DNA of 64,000 nt from Chiloscyllium plagiosum (lineage: Eukaryota): the NCBI RefSeq assembly GCF_004010195.1, contig NC_057716.1, positions 9,984,259-10,048,258 on the forward strand. Direction: 5' to 3'. Under the pieces are notes generated by a model that ran no database searches, had not been told where the DNA came from, and was given only the letters and a program-made list of their open reading frames with translations. Shown here piece by piece: positions 12,245-24,790 of this stretch; the first letter of the stretch is position 1; each line of letters opens with the position of its first letter. The position numbers were made by a program, and so were the translations under genes.

Positions 12245-14460
12245 GACATTACGATACATGATGACTGAGCAGCAAAAGCAACATTTGACAATTCGAGCTC
12301 AGCAATCTATAGTCAATGAATCAGATCATAGCTCTGCTGCATTTTGCATCCATTTTCAGCCAGACATGCTGAGTTGATGGCCCATCTTGGCCTCTTCCCA
12401 AGATCCTCAGTTTCATGGATGCCAGCTTCATCCAATTTAATTCACTGCAAGTGATATCAAGAAATGGTTGAAAGTGCTAGATACTGCAAAGGCTATGGGT
12501 TTTACAGCAGTTCTGCAATAGTACTGATGACTCACAATCTAGAGCTAGCCAGACTGATAGCTACGCTTCTCTAATGTAGTTAAGTACACTGGCATCTACC
12601 TAGCAAAACAGAACAGTGCCCAGGTATGTCCACACAGTGCAGGACAATGCTAGCCAGCCAATAATTCCCCTTAAACTTACATTCAATCAGGATCAAAGCA
12701 ATGAACATTGTCATCGAGAGAACTATCGAGCAGCACTTGCTCAACAATAACCTGTTCGCTGATGCTCAGTTTGGATTCCGCCAAGGTCACTTGCTACTTG
12801 AACTCATTACAGCCTTAGTCATAACATGGATGAAAATGCTGAACTCAAGTCAGGGGTGAGTGAGTGTGACAGCCCATGACATCAAGACTGCATTTGACTA
12901 AGAGTGGCATCAAGGAGCCCTAGCCAAACAAGAGTCAATAGGCATTAGGGGATTAATCTCTGCTGGCTTGGAGTCATACCTTGCATAGAAAAAGACACAT
13001 GGTTGTTGGAGGGCAATCATCTCAATGACAGTAAATCACAGGAACATAGGAACAGCAGTAGGCCATTCAGCCCTTTGAGTGTGCCCTGCCATTCAATGAG
13101 ATCATGGCTAATCAGTGGCCCAAATCCATATACAACTTTGGCCTATATCCCTTAATATCTTTGCTTAACAAAAATTTAAAGCTAAGAACTGATCCAGCAT
13201 CTACTGCCATACAAGAGTTTCAAACTTGACAACCCTTTATGTGAAGAAATGCTTCCTAGCACCTCTCTTGAATGGTCTGGCACAAGTTCTCAGATTATGC
13301 TCCCTCATTCTAGAATCCCTTAACAGTAGAAACAGTTTCTTTATCTACTCCTTTTTCTGTTGATATCTTGAAGATTTCACTCAGATCGCCATTAACCTTC
13401 TAAATTCTAGAGAAACTTGTACAATCTCTCTTCATAATTTAACCTCTGAAGTCCAGGCATCATTCTTGTAAAACTATGGTATAGTCTCCCCCAGGTCAAT
13501 ATATTCTTCCTAAGATGTGGTGCCCATATCTGCTCACAGGATGGTGTTCCAAGCCCAACTATCTTCAGCTGCTTCATCAATGATGTTCCCTCCATCGTAA
13601 GGTCAGAACTGCGCACGATCATTGGTGACTGCACACTGTTTACTGCCATCCAAGACTCTTGAGATTCTGAAGCAGTTTGTGTTCAAATACAGTCAGACTT
13701 GGACAACATTCAGGCTTGGGTGATAAATGACAAGTAACATTTGTACCACCACAGGTGGCAGCGATGACCATCTCCAACAAGAGGGAACCTATGCACTGTA
13801 CTTTGACATTCCGACACATTACCAGTACTGAAGGTCCTCATCCCCATCAACATTGTGGGTGTTGCCTCTGACCAGAAACTGGACATATAAATACAACAGC
13901 TACAAGAGCAGGCTAAATTTGAGCAATCCTGCAAAAAGTAACTTATTTTCTGATTCCTGAAAGGCATTACCGACAAAGCACACTTCAGGAGTATGATGGA
14001 AGATTCCTAAATTGCCTACATGAGTCCAGTTTCAGCAATGCTCAAGAAACTTGATCACCAGGATATAGCATCCTGCTTGACTGACACCTCATCTCACACC
14101 TGCAACATTTGCTGCCTCCACTACCATCATATAGTTGCAGCAAAATGTGTTATAACAACTCACACAGGCTCCTTAGAAGGCACCTTCCAAACCCACCAAC
14201 ATCTAGAAGGACAAGAGCAGCAGATACATGGAATAGTGCTTTCTGCAAGTTCCTCTGTAAACCATGGACCATCCTGACTTGGAACTATATTACTGCTCCT
14301 TCACTGCCTGATGTCAAAATGCTGGAAATCCTACACTAAAAGCATTTTAAGCAATAAGTCTACAATAGATGTACAGCAGCAGTTCAAGAACTAGCTCACC
14401 ACCACGTTCTCAAGGACAATTGGGGAACAACAATAAATGTTGACCCAAACAGCAATGTGA
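12245..14460 (+). mobile_element. CR1/L2-clade LINE RT region and 3' tail (same family as 4420-6902), interrupted by a CR1 insertion
   Basis: Remnants of QFGFRQG, DIKTAFD and GPTIFSCFIND motifs, followed by the shared 3' tail. Confidence 0.7.
13044..13533 (-). mobile_element. CR1 3' end nested in the older LINE
   Basis: CR1 tail acataggaacagcagtaggccattcagccc; TCACAGGA is duplicated at 13036-13043 and 13534-13541. Confidence 0.8.
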
Positions 14461-15040
14461 ATTGATTAAAGAATTACAGAGATTTTTCATTTCAAATATA
14501 CTTATGTCATACAACTGTGCTATTTATTGCTTTTGAATGAAGTAAATCAAACTCACTCTTGCAAATCATCAATTGAAAGCTTCAGGTACATGCTAAAAGT
14601 GTTTGCTCACGATATATATAGACCATCAAAAACAGACATGAAAAGCTTCTAAATATAAATGCCTCATGAATTTTTTTCACTGCAATCTGTTTTCACTGGT
14701 TTGTCAACCTATATTTAATAACCATATAATTATCCATGTGCATTGCACAACCACACATAAAACAGTCAATGCTTTTGCCCTGCTTATAATTGGAACAGAG
14801 ATTATTTTAGATGTCTGTACTCTGTACATGCATACAGAGTACAGTCACTACAGGTGCATCTTTTCTTGAAAAATAATAAATGCTTGACAATTTTTTTATT
14901 TTTATGATAAATTGCTTGAGTTAAAAATGCTATATTTGCTGGATAGAAGGCTGACAGGACTACAAACTTTACCTTGCCAAAAGGCATACATTTATTGTCA
15001 TTTTACATGAACTATTACACTTAACATTAAGTCCAGATGA

Positions 15041-15791
15041 TTTTTGAGAAGAGTTTTAGCTCAGTTTGATGATAAGTATGTAAGTAAGCTTACTGAGTTT
15101 GAAGATTTGTTTTCAGATGTTTCGTCACCATCATCAGTGAGAGTCTCTGGTGAAGGGCTGGTGGTATGTCCCACCTCTCTTTTTATAGGTCTTGATTTCT
15201 GAAAATGCATGAGGTCATTTCTGGCTCTTTTTTCTCAAGGGAAGGTAGATAAGATCTAAATTGATGTGTTTATTGATAGAGTTCTGATTAGAATATCATG
15301 CCTCTAAGAATTCTCATGTGTGTTTTTGTTTCGCCTGCCCTAGGATGTATGTGTCGGACCAGTCAAAGTGGTGGCCTTCTTTGTCTATATGTATAGAAAC
15401 TAGTCATAGTGGGTCGATAGTGGCCACAAAAAGATGTGACCCACTATGACTGGTTTCTATACATAAAGACAAAGAAGGACATTACTTTGATTGGGATAAT
15501 ACATACATCCTAGGACAGGCGAAACAAAGACACACATGAGAATTCTTAAAGGCGTGGCATTTTAACCAGAACTCCAACAATAAACACATTGATTTAGACA
15601 CTATCTACCTTCCCTTGAGAAAAAAGAACCAGGAATGACATCCCCCACCCGAATAAACCAAGACCTATAAATAGAGAGGCGGAACATACCACCCGGCGCT
15701 TCACCAGAGACTGTCGCTGCTAACGTTACCTAGTACGGTGACCAAACATCTGAAAACAAACCTTCAAGCTCAGTGAGCAAACTTACATACC
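15041..15791. mobile_element. Inverted pair of PLE 3' ends (family C) with GIY-YIG C-terminal remnant and hammerhead motifs
   Basis: Arms ~15085-15416 and ~15439-15790 are reverse complements. The right arm reads SIHKDKEGHYFDWDNTYILGQAKQRHT*EFLKAWHFNQNSNNKHIDLD. The minus strand at 15110-15140 reads TCA-CTGATGA-TGGTGAC-GAAAC-ATC-TGA. Confidence 0.85.
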
Positions 15792-16386
15792 TTTTGCCAT
15801 GGAAGTTATGTTGTAGTTATGGCTTTTGTAGCAAGTGCACCTAACATTACTGACAAAAAACGTCTACAAACTAGTGACTGGGGTGACACCAAAAGTGAAC
15901 ATAATTTGTGCAGGCCATGCACGTCCTAATCACAGATTTTCATTTTCTCCAACTTTTAGTTGAGCTTTTCTGTCAAAAATTTGCCATTGACAACTGTGGT
16001 GCCAATATTTTCTGTTTAATTTTGCTTTGAAGGTTTATTGTACCACAGGTTGGATGGAAGAATTGCTCCTTTCCTGCCTCATTCCACATATTTGTATATT
16101 GTTGAAGGCTTTGGCCACTAGGTGGGTCTGTGGAATGCATTTCCAAAGTTTCCTCTTTAACTGAACCCAAAACACCATGATCCAGAATGTAGATGGGAAA
16201 GAGGAAGGGGCTCAGAAATAGACACTTTGGACTTCAAAGAGTGTGGAGACAGAAACAGAAAACAATTGGCAGAGATATTTTGACTTCAGTCAGATAGTTA
16301 AGAGCAGGGAAAAGGAAGAGTAGCATGACTGAGCTGGATTGCTGAGGCAAAACTTTGGCTAAGGATGATATGGTCAACATGTCAAA

Positions 16387-16605
16387 ACTAGGAGAAAGTG
16401 AGGACTGCAGATGCTGGAGATCAGAGTCAAAGAGTGTGGGGCTGGAAAAGCACAGCCGGTCAGGCAGCATTGGAGGAGCAGGAGAATCGACGTTTCAGGC
16501 CTAAGCTCTGGCGTAATTCCTAATGAAGGGCTTAAGCCCGAAACGTCGATTCTCTTGCTCCTCAGATGCTGCCTGACCAGCTGTGCTTTCCCAGCGCCAC
16601 ACTCT
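16387..16605. mobile_element. Fold-back PLE terminal element (family B) with a hammerhead motif
   Basis: Inverted arms around ~16510. ATTC-CTAATGA-A-GGGC-TTAA-GCCC-GAAACGTC-GATT at 16516-16551. A 13 bp TSD, TCAACATGTCAAA, at 16374-16386 and 16606-16618. Confidence 0.85.
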
Positions 16606-17694
16606 TCAACATGTCAAACAATGCAGACAATCCATGCAGGGTAAGGATAAACAATGCAGTACATCCACTCAGAATGTCATTTGTGATGTTGGCTGGGAGT
16701 TGGTTCAGTACTATAGCAGAAACAGAAACATGATTGGAAGGCAAGTGGGATCAAGAGCAGATTTCTTCTCTGAGGAGCATGGTAATTACTACTTACAAGG
16801 AGAGGGAGCATATAAGATTAGACATTTACGAATTCAGCTCACTGGAAAGATGGCGAGGAAAGGCACCCAAGTGATCGGCAGCTTACTGGAACTATGATCA
16901 TTGGTACATAAGTGGGTCACTTAGGTCGATTTCGGAGCATTGTGGGGTGTGTATGAGTAGGTGAAGTAGTTCATAAGCTTCTTAAATTTGGTTAAGAGGA
17001 TGTGGAGGATGTAGAGAAGAGATATTTGAGGAGAGAGTTGATAGTGGAGGCAAGAAGTCAGTGTTTTATTTGATCTCTGTCGGAGTAATAAGCCATTTAG
17101 TCCCTTAAACCTGCTCCAACATTGAATGGGAACATTGCTGACATAAATCACAACATCAGTTTCATCTGTCCATTGCACAACATATCTTGTTTAATTAGGT
17201 GTGGTTCAATCATTATTCAGGTGAGTCTGCATCTTGTGTGCAAATCACTGAATAGGAACCAGCCCAATTTCCTCTGCTGACTCAGCCTCCCTCTAAGAGA
17301 CTTGTGGTGTTGATTTGCACAAGTCTCAAATAGGGAGTAATACTTTAAATTTGGACCAGGGTATTCACAACGTATAGTGGAAAAATTAAAGCACTATCCA
17401 CCAAATGGGTTGTTAATGCTGAGTCCAACAAAGGTTTCAGACCAAAATGAACAAATTTTGTTGAATAAAGTCTCTAAAGAATATGGAAAGGTAGATAAAT
17501 ATAGATGTGTATGTGTCATGTCATTTTTGACACTTGCTTTACCTCATGCAACCTATTCTGGTTATCTAAATCTCCCAGGCTTCCTTCTGGTGACTGTGTT
17601 GTACCCAAAGACTAATATATATTTCCTGGAGTGCCTAAAACTGACTACAATACTCCAAATGTATCTGATTAATACTTTGTACAACATACTTTGT

Positions 17695-18009
17695 GGGCGG
17701 CACGGTGGCATAGTGGTTAGCACTGCTGCCTCACAGTGCCAGAGACCCGGGTTCATTTCCCGCCTCAGGCGACTGACTGTGTGGAGTTTGCACGTTCTCC
17801 CTGTGTCTGCGTGGGTTTCCTCCGGATGCTCCGGTTTCCTCCCACAGTCCAAAGATGTGCAGGTCAGGTGAATTGACCATGCTAAATTGCCCGTAGTGTT
17901 AGGTAAGGGGTAAATGAAGGTGGGTTGCGCTTCGGCGGGTCGGTGTGGACTTGTTGGGCCGAAGGGCCTGTTTCCACACTGTAAGTAATCTAATCTAATC
18001 TAATCTAAT
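17695..18009 (+). mobile_element. Full-length tRNA-derived HE1-like V-SINE
   Basis: A box TGGCATAGTGG, B-box-like GGGTTCATTTCCC, V-domain gtttcctccggatgctccggtttcctcccaca, CR1-like 3' end and (taatc)n tail. Confidence 0.9.
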
Positions 18010-19129
18010 AACAACATAACCTCTTTCTATTCCAGGCCTCTTTGAGATGAAGGTCAATATTCCATTAGCCTTTTGGATTATCCTCTGCATCTACACAGCG
18101 CTTTATTGATTTGGACACCGAAATCCCTTTGCCCCTTCACAGCTTTCCACTGTATTTTAAAATTGCTGTCAAACATAGATGATCTCTCACTTCATGTTGA
18201 ACCCTACCTGTCACAGTTTTCCCATGCACAATTAGTAATTTCCTGCTCGTACCTGTACAACTTGCTATATGTGCTCACGTTATGCAAACTTGGACTGACC
18301 AATTTTAAACCATTTATCCGAGACCTTAATATCTAGATGATGTACTGCTATAGATCCCTTGACAACAAGACATACTGTCAGAATACATTTCCTTTATCTG
18401 TACTCTTCACCTTCCATCCATCAACCAAACACCGATTCATCGTGTCACAACGTTACTTCCATCTGTTGCTTTTTTTTTTCTGATGGCCTTGTGTGGAATC
18501 TTTATTAAGGCTATATGGAAGTTCATAAGGCAACATCCTCATATATTCCACTGACCACCAGGCATCCTTGAAAATTCAACTAATGCTTCCAGAGCTGATC
18601 CACACTTCACAAATCTGTAGTTTTTTCTGATCAGCTCTCTCGCATTCAAGTATTCACTCACTGCAATCCAAGTAAAAGATTCCAGTCAGTTCCTCACACT
18701 TGATGGTTAGCTATGTTTCATCGGAAGGAGTGAGGTTTTTCTTGGCAGCCAACAGGCCTGTAACATTATGATGCATGGTTTGCAGAGAATACACTGTTGA
18801 CTTAAGATCAGTGAGGTGCTCAATGTTGAGACCAGTGATTATCAGAGATGGGGTTGGGTGGTGAAAAGGGAGATTGGGGGTGCTGATGGGATTCTGCAAG
18901 GGGACTCTTGCAGAGTCCTAAGTTCTTCTCATGGAATTCAGTCTATTAAGGTGATAATTTGCTTTTGTGGGGCACCTAAGTACTGACAGGTGAGGTGGGG
19001 AAGATGGTGATCCATATTTCTCAAACTAGCCCCCTATGCAGCCAAATTCCACCGCTGTGGCCTCAGGACAAACCCCTAATGTACTTGTGGAGAGATACTA
19101 ACAAGGTTGCACATTACGAAGAACCTTTG

Positions 19130-19450
19130 CTGAAATTCACCATGGCTCCTTAGATGGCATCATCTAAATGTATGACCAGTACCAAGAGCAGTAAATACAT
19201 GGGACTACCACCACATTCAAACTCCCCTCCAAGCCACTCACCATCCTGACTTAGAAATGCATTGGGGTTCCTTCACTGTTGCTGGGCAAAATCTTGACCT
19301 CCCTCCCTTATAGTATTGTGGATCCACCCACACCAAATGGACTGCAGCAGTTCAAGAAGGTAGCTCGCCACTGTCTTCTCAAGGGCAATGAGGGATGGGC
19401 AATTAATGCTGGCACATAGTGTGCAATGTTCATATCCCATGGCTGAATAA
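19130..19450 (+). mobile_element. 3' tail of the CR1/L2-clade LINE family
   Basis: ccaagccactcaccatcctgactt...caagggcaatgagggatgggcaattaatgctggc, as at 6680-6900. Confidence 0.7.
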
Positions 19451-19852
19451 AAGTGTCCTTATGTAGACTACACATTTCAAACTCAGAAAATGAGAACGTT
19501 ATCACTGGCTCTGGGGATTTGCATTTTCCAAATAAATTTTAAAAATGAAACTGTTGACAGAGAACAGAAGAAAGAAAAGGCAAGAGGAGCAAGTAGAGTG
19601 GTTGAATTTGCTGGTCATTAGGAGTTGCATAGTGTGGTGAGTCAGCCTCTCTCACCTATCAGTCTGTTAGCCCTGTGCCAGTTTTGTACTTTCCTTTTAA
19701 TATAAGACAGCTAAGTATTTAAACATTTTGAAAGCAATGCAGGCTATTTTGAAGCTCCAAATGCATTTACACCAGTAGTCACAGAAACATTAATTATTTT
19801 GTATTTCAAATCAATACATGGTGATCATTGGTAGCTAAATAGTTCAACATAC

Positions 19853-19969
19853 CTGCAATCCTTGGCCATCTACTGTTGTCGAATTGTGCTTAAAAGCTTG
19901 GTTGTTATCATCTGAACTCGTCGTTGTTGGTGAATCACTTTCAGCCTTTTTCTGATTGGGCTGTCTATC
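19853..19969 (-). CDS. DGKG: Diacylglycerol kinase exon, C1b-catalytic linker: DRQPNQKKAESDSPTTTSSDDNNQAFKHNSTTVDGQGLQ
   Basis: Acceptor tttttgaag, donor gtatgt, 117 nt, phase 0-0, open. Ends in the conserved TVDGQGLQ. Confidence 0.88.
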
Positions 19970-20020
19970 CTTCAAAAACAGAAAATTAACCAAAAGGATT
20001 AAACATGTTTGGTTCTAAGC

Positions 20021-20405
20021 AAAGAACAAAGAAAATTTACAGCCCAGGAACAGGCCCTTCGGCCCTCCAAGCCTGAGCTGATCCAAATGTACTGTCTAAA
20101 CCTGGTGGTCAATTCCTAAGCATTTGTATCCCTCTGCTCCCCACCTACTCATGCATCTGTCCAGACCCATCTTAAATGATTCTACTGTGCCTGCCTCTAC
20201 CACCTCTGCTGGCAATGCGTTCCAAACGCCCACCACCCTCTGTGTGAAATACTTGCCACATGTATCCCCCTTAAACTTTCCACCTCTTACCTTGAAAGCA
20301 TGACCTCTCGTTATTGAATCCTTCACCCTGGGAAAAAGCTTGTCTCGATCTACCCTGTCTATACCCTTCATGATTTTGTAAACCTCAATCTCCTTTTTTC
20401 TAGTG
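20021..20405 (-). mobile_element. Young CR1 3' end
   Basis: ORF track: EVYKIMKGIDRVDRDKLFP...FTQRVVGVWNALPAEVVEAGT. Confidence 0.85.
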
Positions 20406-20704
20406 AAAATTCTGGCATCTCTATATTTTGCTGGATATACCAGGCAAATGTCCCAGAACTTTCCAGGCGTTTGTGAGAGTGGATTTACATCATATTTATT
20501 CACAGAAATTTGCAGAAAATCATTTCACTCCAGTCTTGAGTGCAAACTTGTTCAATCATCCATGCCACTTTTAAGAAACATACATCAAACCCTTCTGCTT
20601 TTTATCAAACATAGCTTCATCATCTATGCAAAAGGTCTGTTCTTGCCAGTTTTCTCCAATTTACTTGACTAATGCACTATCGTAGATTTACAGATCAAAA
20701 TAAC

Positions 20705-21068
20705 AAAATCATGAGGGGCATGGATAGAATAAATAGACAAAGTCTTTTCCCTGGGGTGGGGGAGTCCAGAACTAGAGGACATAGGTTTAGGGTGAGAGAG
20801 GGAAGATATAAAAGAGACCTAAGGGGCAACTTTTTCACACAGAGGGAGATACGTGTACGGAATGAGCTGCCAGAGGAAGTGATGGAGGCTGGTACAATAG
20901 CAACATTTAAAAAGCATTTGGATAGGTATATGAATAGGAAAGGTTTGGAGGAATATGGGCTGGGTGCTAGCAAGTGGGACTAGATTGGGTTGGGATGTCT
21001 GGTTGGCATGGACGGGTTGGACCGAAGGGTCTCTTTCCATGCTGTACATCTCTGACTCAATGACTCTA
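20705..21068 (+). mobile_element. Young CR1 (HER1-like) 3' end
   Basis: ORF track: KIMRGMDRINRQSLFPG...NFFTQR...ELPEEVMEAGTIATFKKHLD; (tgactcta)-type tail. Confidence 0.85.
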
Positions 21069-21180
21069 ACTGAAACTCATCAATTGTTAAAGCAACAATA
21101 ATATTTAAACCTGTCCGCTACCATTATAATTTTAAGAGTCATTTTTTGGCAAGACACGTACCTTAACTTGAAAACAAATA

Positions 21181-21413
21181 TAAGCAAAATACTGCAGATG
21201 CTGGAAATCTGAGATAAACACAAAATGGTGGTGAAGCTCAGCAGGTCTAGCAGCATCCATGAAGAGAAAACAAAGGGGTAACGTTTCAAGTTCGATAAGG
21301 TTCTTTATTGTCTGAAGGTGTGTCATATCAGAACTGAAACGTTAACTCTGTTTTTCTCTCTCTATGGATGATGTCAGACCTGCTGAATTTTGTAGCATTG
21401 TGTGTTTGTTTGT
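21181..21413. mobile_element. Fold-back PLE terminal element (family D), older, with a degenerate hammerhead
   Basis: Arms cagcaggtctagcagcatccatgaagaga...taacgtttca and tgaaacgttaac...tctatggatgatgtcagacctgctg. CTGAAGG (21312) ... GAAACGTT (21336-21343). TSD AAAACAAATA at 21171-21180 and 21414-21423. Confidence 0.8.
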
Positions 21414-21785
21414 AAAACAAATACCCTTGAAGAAATTGGAAATCTATGGGAGATTTGAAAGGAAGATAAAATGATAAATTTAATTATTTATAATAGCATT
21501 TGAAAAACTATAAAGGCAGATCTGTAAAAAATAAAAGATATTTTGTGACCCTGAGGGTTTTCACAGAATGCAAACAAACTAGGAGCAGGAATAGGCTATT
21601 CAGCCCCTCAAGTCAGCTATGCCTTTTAGGATGGCTAGTTATGACCTGATTGCAACTTTAAATTCAAATTCCTGTCTATACCTGATAACCTTTCATCTGT
21701 TTGGTTCACAAGGATCTATACATTTCTGGCTTAAAAATATTCAAAGACTCTCTTTCCACTTTCTCTTCAGGAATTCATGACCTTC

Positions 21786-21810
21786 TGTGAGTGAGTGAGT
21801 GAGTGAGTGT

Positions 21811-21855
<45 letters not shown>
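21786..21855. repeat. (GTGA)n/(GA)n microsatellite abutting an assembly gap
   Basis: Read directly from the sequence. Confidence 0.95.
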
Positions 21856-22517
21856 NNNNNNNNNNNNNNNNNNNNNNNNNNNNNNNNNNNNNNNNNNNNN
21901 NNNNNNNNNNNNNNNNNNNNNNNNNNNNNNNNNNNNNNNNNNNNNNNNNNNNNNNNNNNNNNNNNNNNNNNNNNNNNNNNNNNNNNNNNNNNNNNNNNNN
22001 NNNNNNNNNNNNNNNNNNNNNNNNNNNNNNNNNNNNNNNNNNNNNNNNNNNNNNNNNNNNNNNNNNNNNNNNNNNNNNNNNNNNNNNNNNNNNNNNNNNN
22101 NNNNNNNNNNNNNNNNNNNNNNNNNNNNNNNNNNNNNNNNNNNNNNNNNNNNNNNNNNNNNNNNNNNNNNNNNNNNNNNNNNNNNNNNNNNNNNNNNNNN
22201 NNNNNNNNNNNNNNNNNNNNNNNNNNNNNNNNNNNNNNNNNNNNNNNNNNNNNNNNNNNNNNNNNNNNNNNNNNNNNNNNNNNNNNNNNNNNNNNNNNNN
22301 NNNNNNNNNNNNNNNNNNNNNNNNNNNNNNNNNNNNNNNNNNNNNNNNNNNNNNNNNNNNNNNNNNNNNNNNNNNNNNNNNNNNNNNNNNNNNNNNNNNN
22401 NNNNNNNNNNNNNNNNNNNNNNNNNNNNNNNNNNNNNNNNNNNNNNNNNNNNNNNNNNNNNNNNNNNNNNNNNNNNNNNNNNNNNNNNNNNNNNNNNNNN
22501 NNNNNNNNNNNNNNNNN
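21856..22517. other. Assembly gap (662 N)
   Basis: Run of n. Confidence 1.
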
Positions 22518-22626
22518 CCCGAAACGTCGAATCTCCTGTTCCCTGGATGCTGCCTGACCTGCTGTGCTGTTCCAGCAATAAAGTTTCAACTTTGATCTCC
22601 AGCATCTGCAGACCTCACTTTCTCCT
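22518..22626 (+). mobile_element. PLE family B terminus emerging from the gap, with the 3' half of a hammerhead
   Basis: CCC-GAAACGTC-GAAT followed by ...gatctccagcatctgcagacctcactttctcc, the reverse complement of the start at 16391. Confidence 0.85.
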
Positions 22627-24404
22627 CTTGCATGCTTCAATCAATCAATCAATCAAACTCTTAGTCTTCTAAGTTTCAGATGAAACAAGCTTTGCTTGCC
22701 CAACCTTTCCTCATAAGACAGCTCTTAATATTCCAAGTATTAACCTGGTCATTCTTCTCTGAACTGCTGCCACAGAATTTACATCCTTCCTTAAATAAAG
22801 GGACCAATACTATATAGAGTTCTCCAGATGTGGTTTCACCAGTGCCTAGTAAAACTAAAACTTATGTTCACTACTTTCATATTCAATTCTCCTTGCAATA
22901 AACAATAACATTCTATCTGCTTTCCTAATTACTCACTGGACCTATAAACTAACTTTTTTGCGATTAATGCATGAGGACACTATATCCCTCTGCATTTCTC
23001 AGTTCTGCCAAGAATGAACAATTGCTCATTTTCCTACATTATACTGCATTTGTCAGAATCTTGCCATCTCATTTAACCACTTTATTTTTTCCAGGACGTC
23101 TTTTCCCTCTTCATAACTCACTTATTTTCCCTTGTGTCGTTGGAAAATTTGACAACTATACCTTCTGTCCCCTCATCCAAGTCATGATTTAAATAATGGA
23201 CAGTTGATGTCCCAGCCCTGATCACTGTGGCTCATCACTTGTTATACCTTGCTCGCTTGAAAAAGACCCGTTTGAGTCAACTTCCTTTTAGCAAGTTATT
23301 CTTCTACCCATGCTAATATGTGGAACTCTACAACTTAAGCTTTAATTTTCCACAACTGCATTTGATGTTACACTTTATCAAATACTTTTGGAAGCAGCTG
23401 TATAATGCATTCATTGGTTCCTCTTTATCCACAGCAGTTGTTATGTCATCAGAGAACTCTAATAGGTTTGTTAAACATAATTTCCCCTTCACAAAACTAT
23501 GTTAACTCAGCCTGATTGCCTTTCAAGAGTTTAATTTACAATCCATCAGGACCCGGGCACATGTCAAAGTCAAACAGCATAGAAACAGACCCTTCCGCCC
23601 ACCACATCTATGTCAACCAACAAACACAAAAATACACTAATCTCATTTACCTGCACTTGGTGCACAGCCTAGTATGGCCTGGCATTTTAAGGACTCATCC
23701 AGATACTTTTTAAATGCTGTGGAGGTAATTGCCTCAACCACCCTCTCAGGCAGCCCATTCCATACATCTATCACATTCTTGGTGAGAAAAATTCTCTCTC
23801 ATATTTTATCTAAATTACTGGCTCTTCAACTTAAATTATGTGCCCTCTGCTCTGTCCACAGTCTCAGTAATTTATTTAGTACCACTTCTGTGATGATTAT
23901 AATTCAACCTTTCCTTCAATTTCCTGATTTATAATTGCTAAGATATTACTTCTTTAATCAGTAGTGAAAATAGGTGCATAACACCTGTTCAATTTACCGG
24001 CCATCTCCTTATTTTTCACTCTTAATTTTCCAGACTCACTTTCTACAGAATCAATACTCACTTTGTTAAATTCTTGCTATTTAGCTGTTAGATATTTAGA
24101 GAAACTCACACTACCTGGTCTTATATTCTGACTAATTTCCTCTTGAACTCTGTTTTTTTCAGTCGACCTTGCTGTTTTTCCTATTCTGCCCAATTTAATC
24201 AGCAGTCTACTTTTGTAGCTGCCTTTGTTCTCTGCTGAATCAAGAAACGGACCACTGTTGGTTGAATATTTCAACCGAGTCAATGTTAATTATTCGCAAG
24301 AATATAAGAAGCTTAATTCTAAAGGAGAAGGAGAAAAGTAGAGCAAAATGACACTTAAAATGCTCAGGTGTTCTACAAGGAAATCTAAATGGTCAATGTC
24401 TTAC

Positions 24405-24503
24405 CAGAACTACAGGGCATATGTAGGAGGGAAGCAAAATGTGGTCTTTTAGTTGGCCACCGTCACATTCAGGCTTGATATGTGAGACACATTTGTTGTG
24501 AAG
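24405..24503 (-). CDS. DGKG: Diacylglycerol kinase exon, end of C1b: [33 protein letters not shown]
   Basis: Acceptor cctctacag, donor gtaaga, 99 nt, phase 0-0. Completes the H-x2-C-x7-C pattern; CDGG and HILLP are gamma-like. Confidence 0.93.
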
Positions 24504-24717
24504 CTGTAGAGGAAAAAAATAAGCTTTAAGTAACTCAAGGTAGAAGCTAATGATAAACTCAAGGGTCAACAATGGAGGGTTATATAGCAACACTGATTCT
24601 AACATAATTCAACTAAGTCAAAAATCAAAATTCTTGGCTCATTTATAGATATGCATAAAACAATAGTTAAAAATCACACAACACCAGGTTATAGTCCAAC
24701 AGGTTTAATTGGAAGCA

Positions 24718-24752
24718 CACTAGCTTTCGGAGCGTCGCTCCTTCATCAGGTG
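24718..24752 (-). ncRNA. Minimal type I hammerhead ribozyme motif (sense to the DGK pre-mRNA)
   Basis: Minus strand: CAC-CTGATGA-A-GGAGC-GAC-GCTCC-GAAA-GC-TA/GTG. Core intact, 5 bp stem II, 3 bp stem I, palindromic AGCU in place of stem III. Confidence 0.7.
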
Positions 24753-24755
24753 ATT

Positions 24756-24790
24756 CACCTGATGAAGGAGCGATGCTCCGAAAGCTAGTG
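24756..24790 (+). ncRNA. Minimal type I hammerhead ribozyme motif
   Basis: CAC-CTGATGA(24759-24765)-A-GGAGC-GAT-GCTCC-GAAA(24780-24783)-GC-TA/GTG; predicted cleavage after A24787. Confidence 0.7.

Noticed and set aside
17695-17775. tRNA-like sequence (also at 54650-54725 and 4420-4500)
   Set aside because: These are SINE/LINE heads continuous with repeat bodies, not tRNA genes.
21741-22672. Four long ORFs (260-299 aa) in the ORF track
   Set aside because: They are artefacts of translating through 662 Ns and a (GA)n tract.
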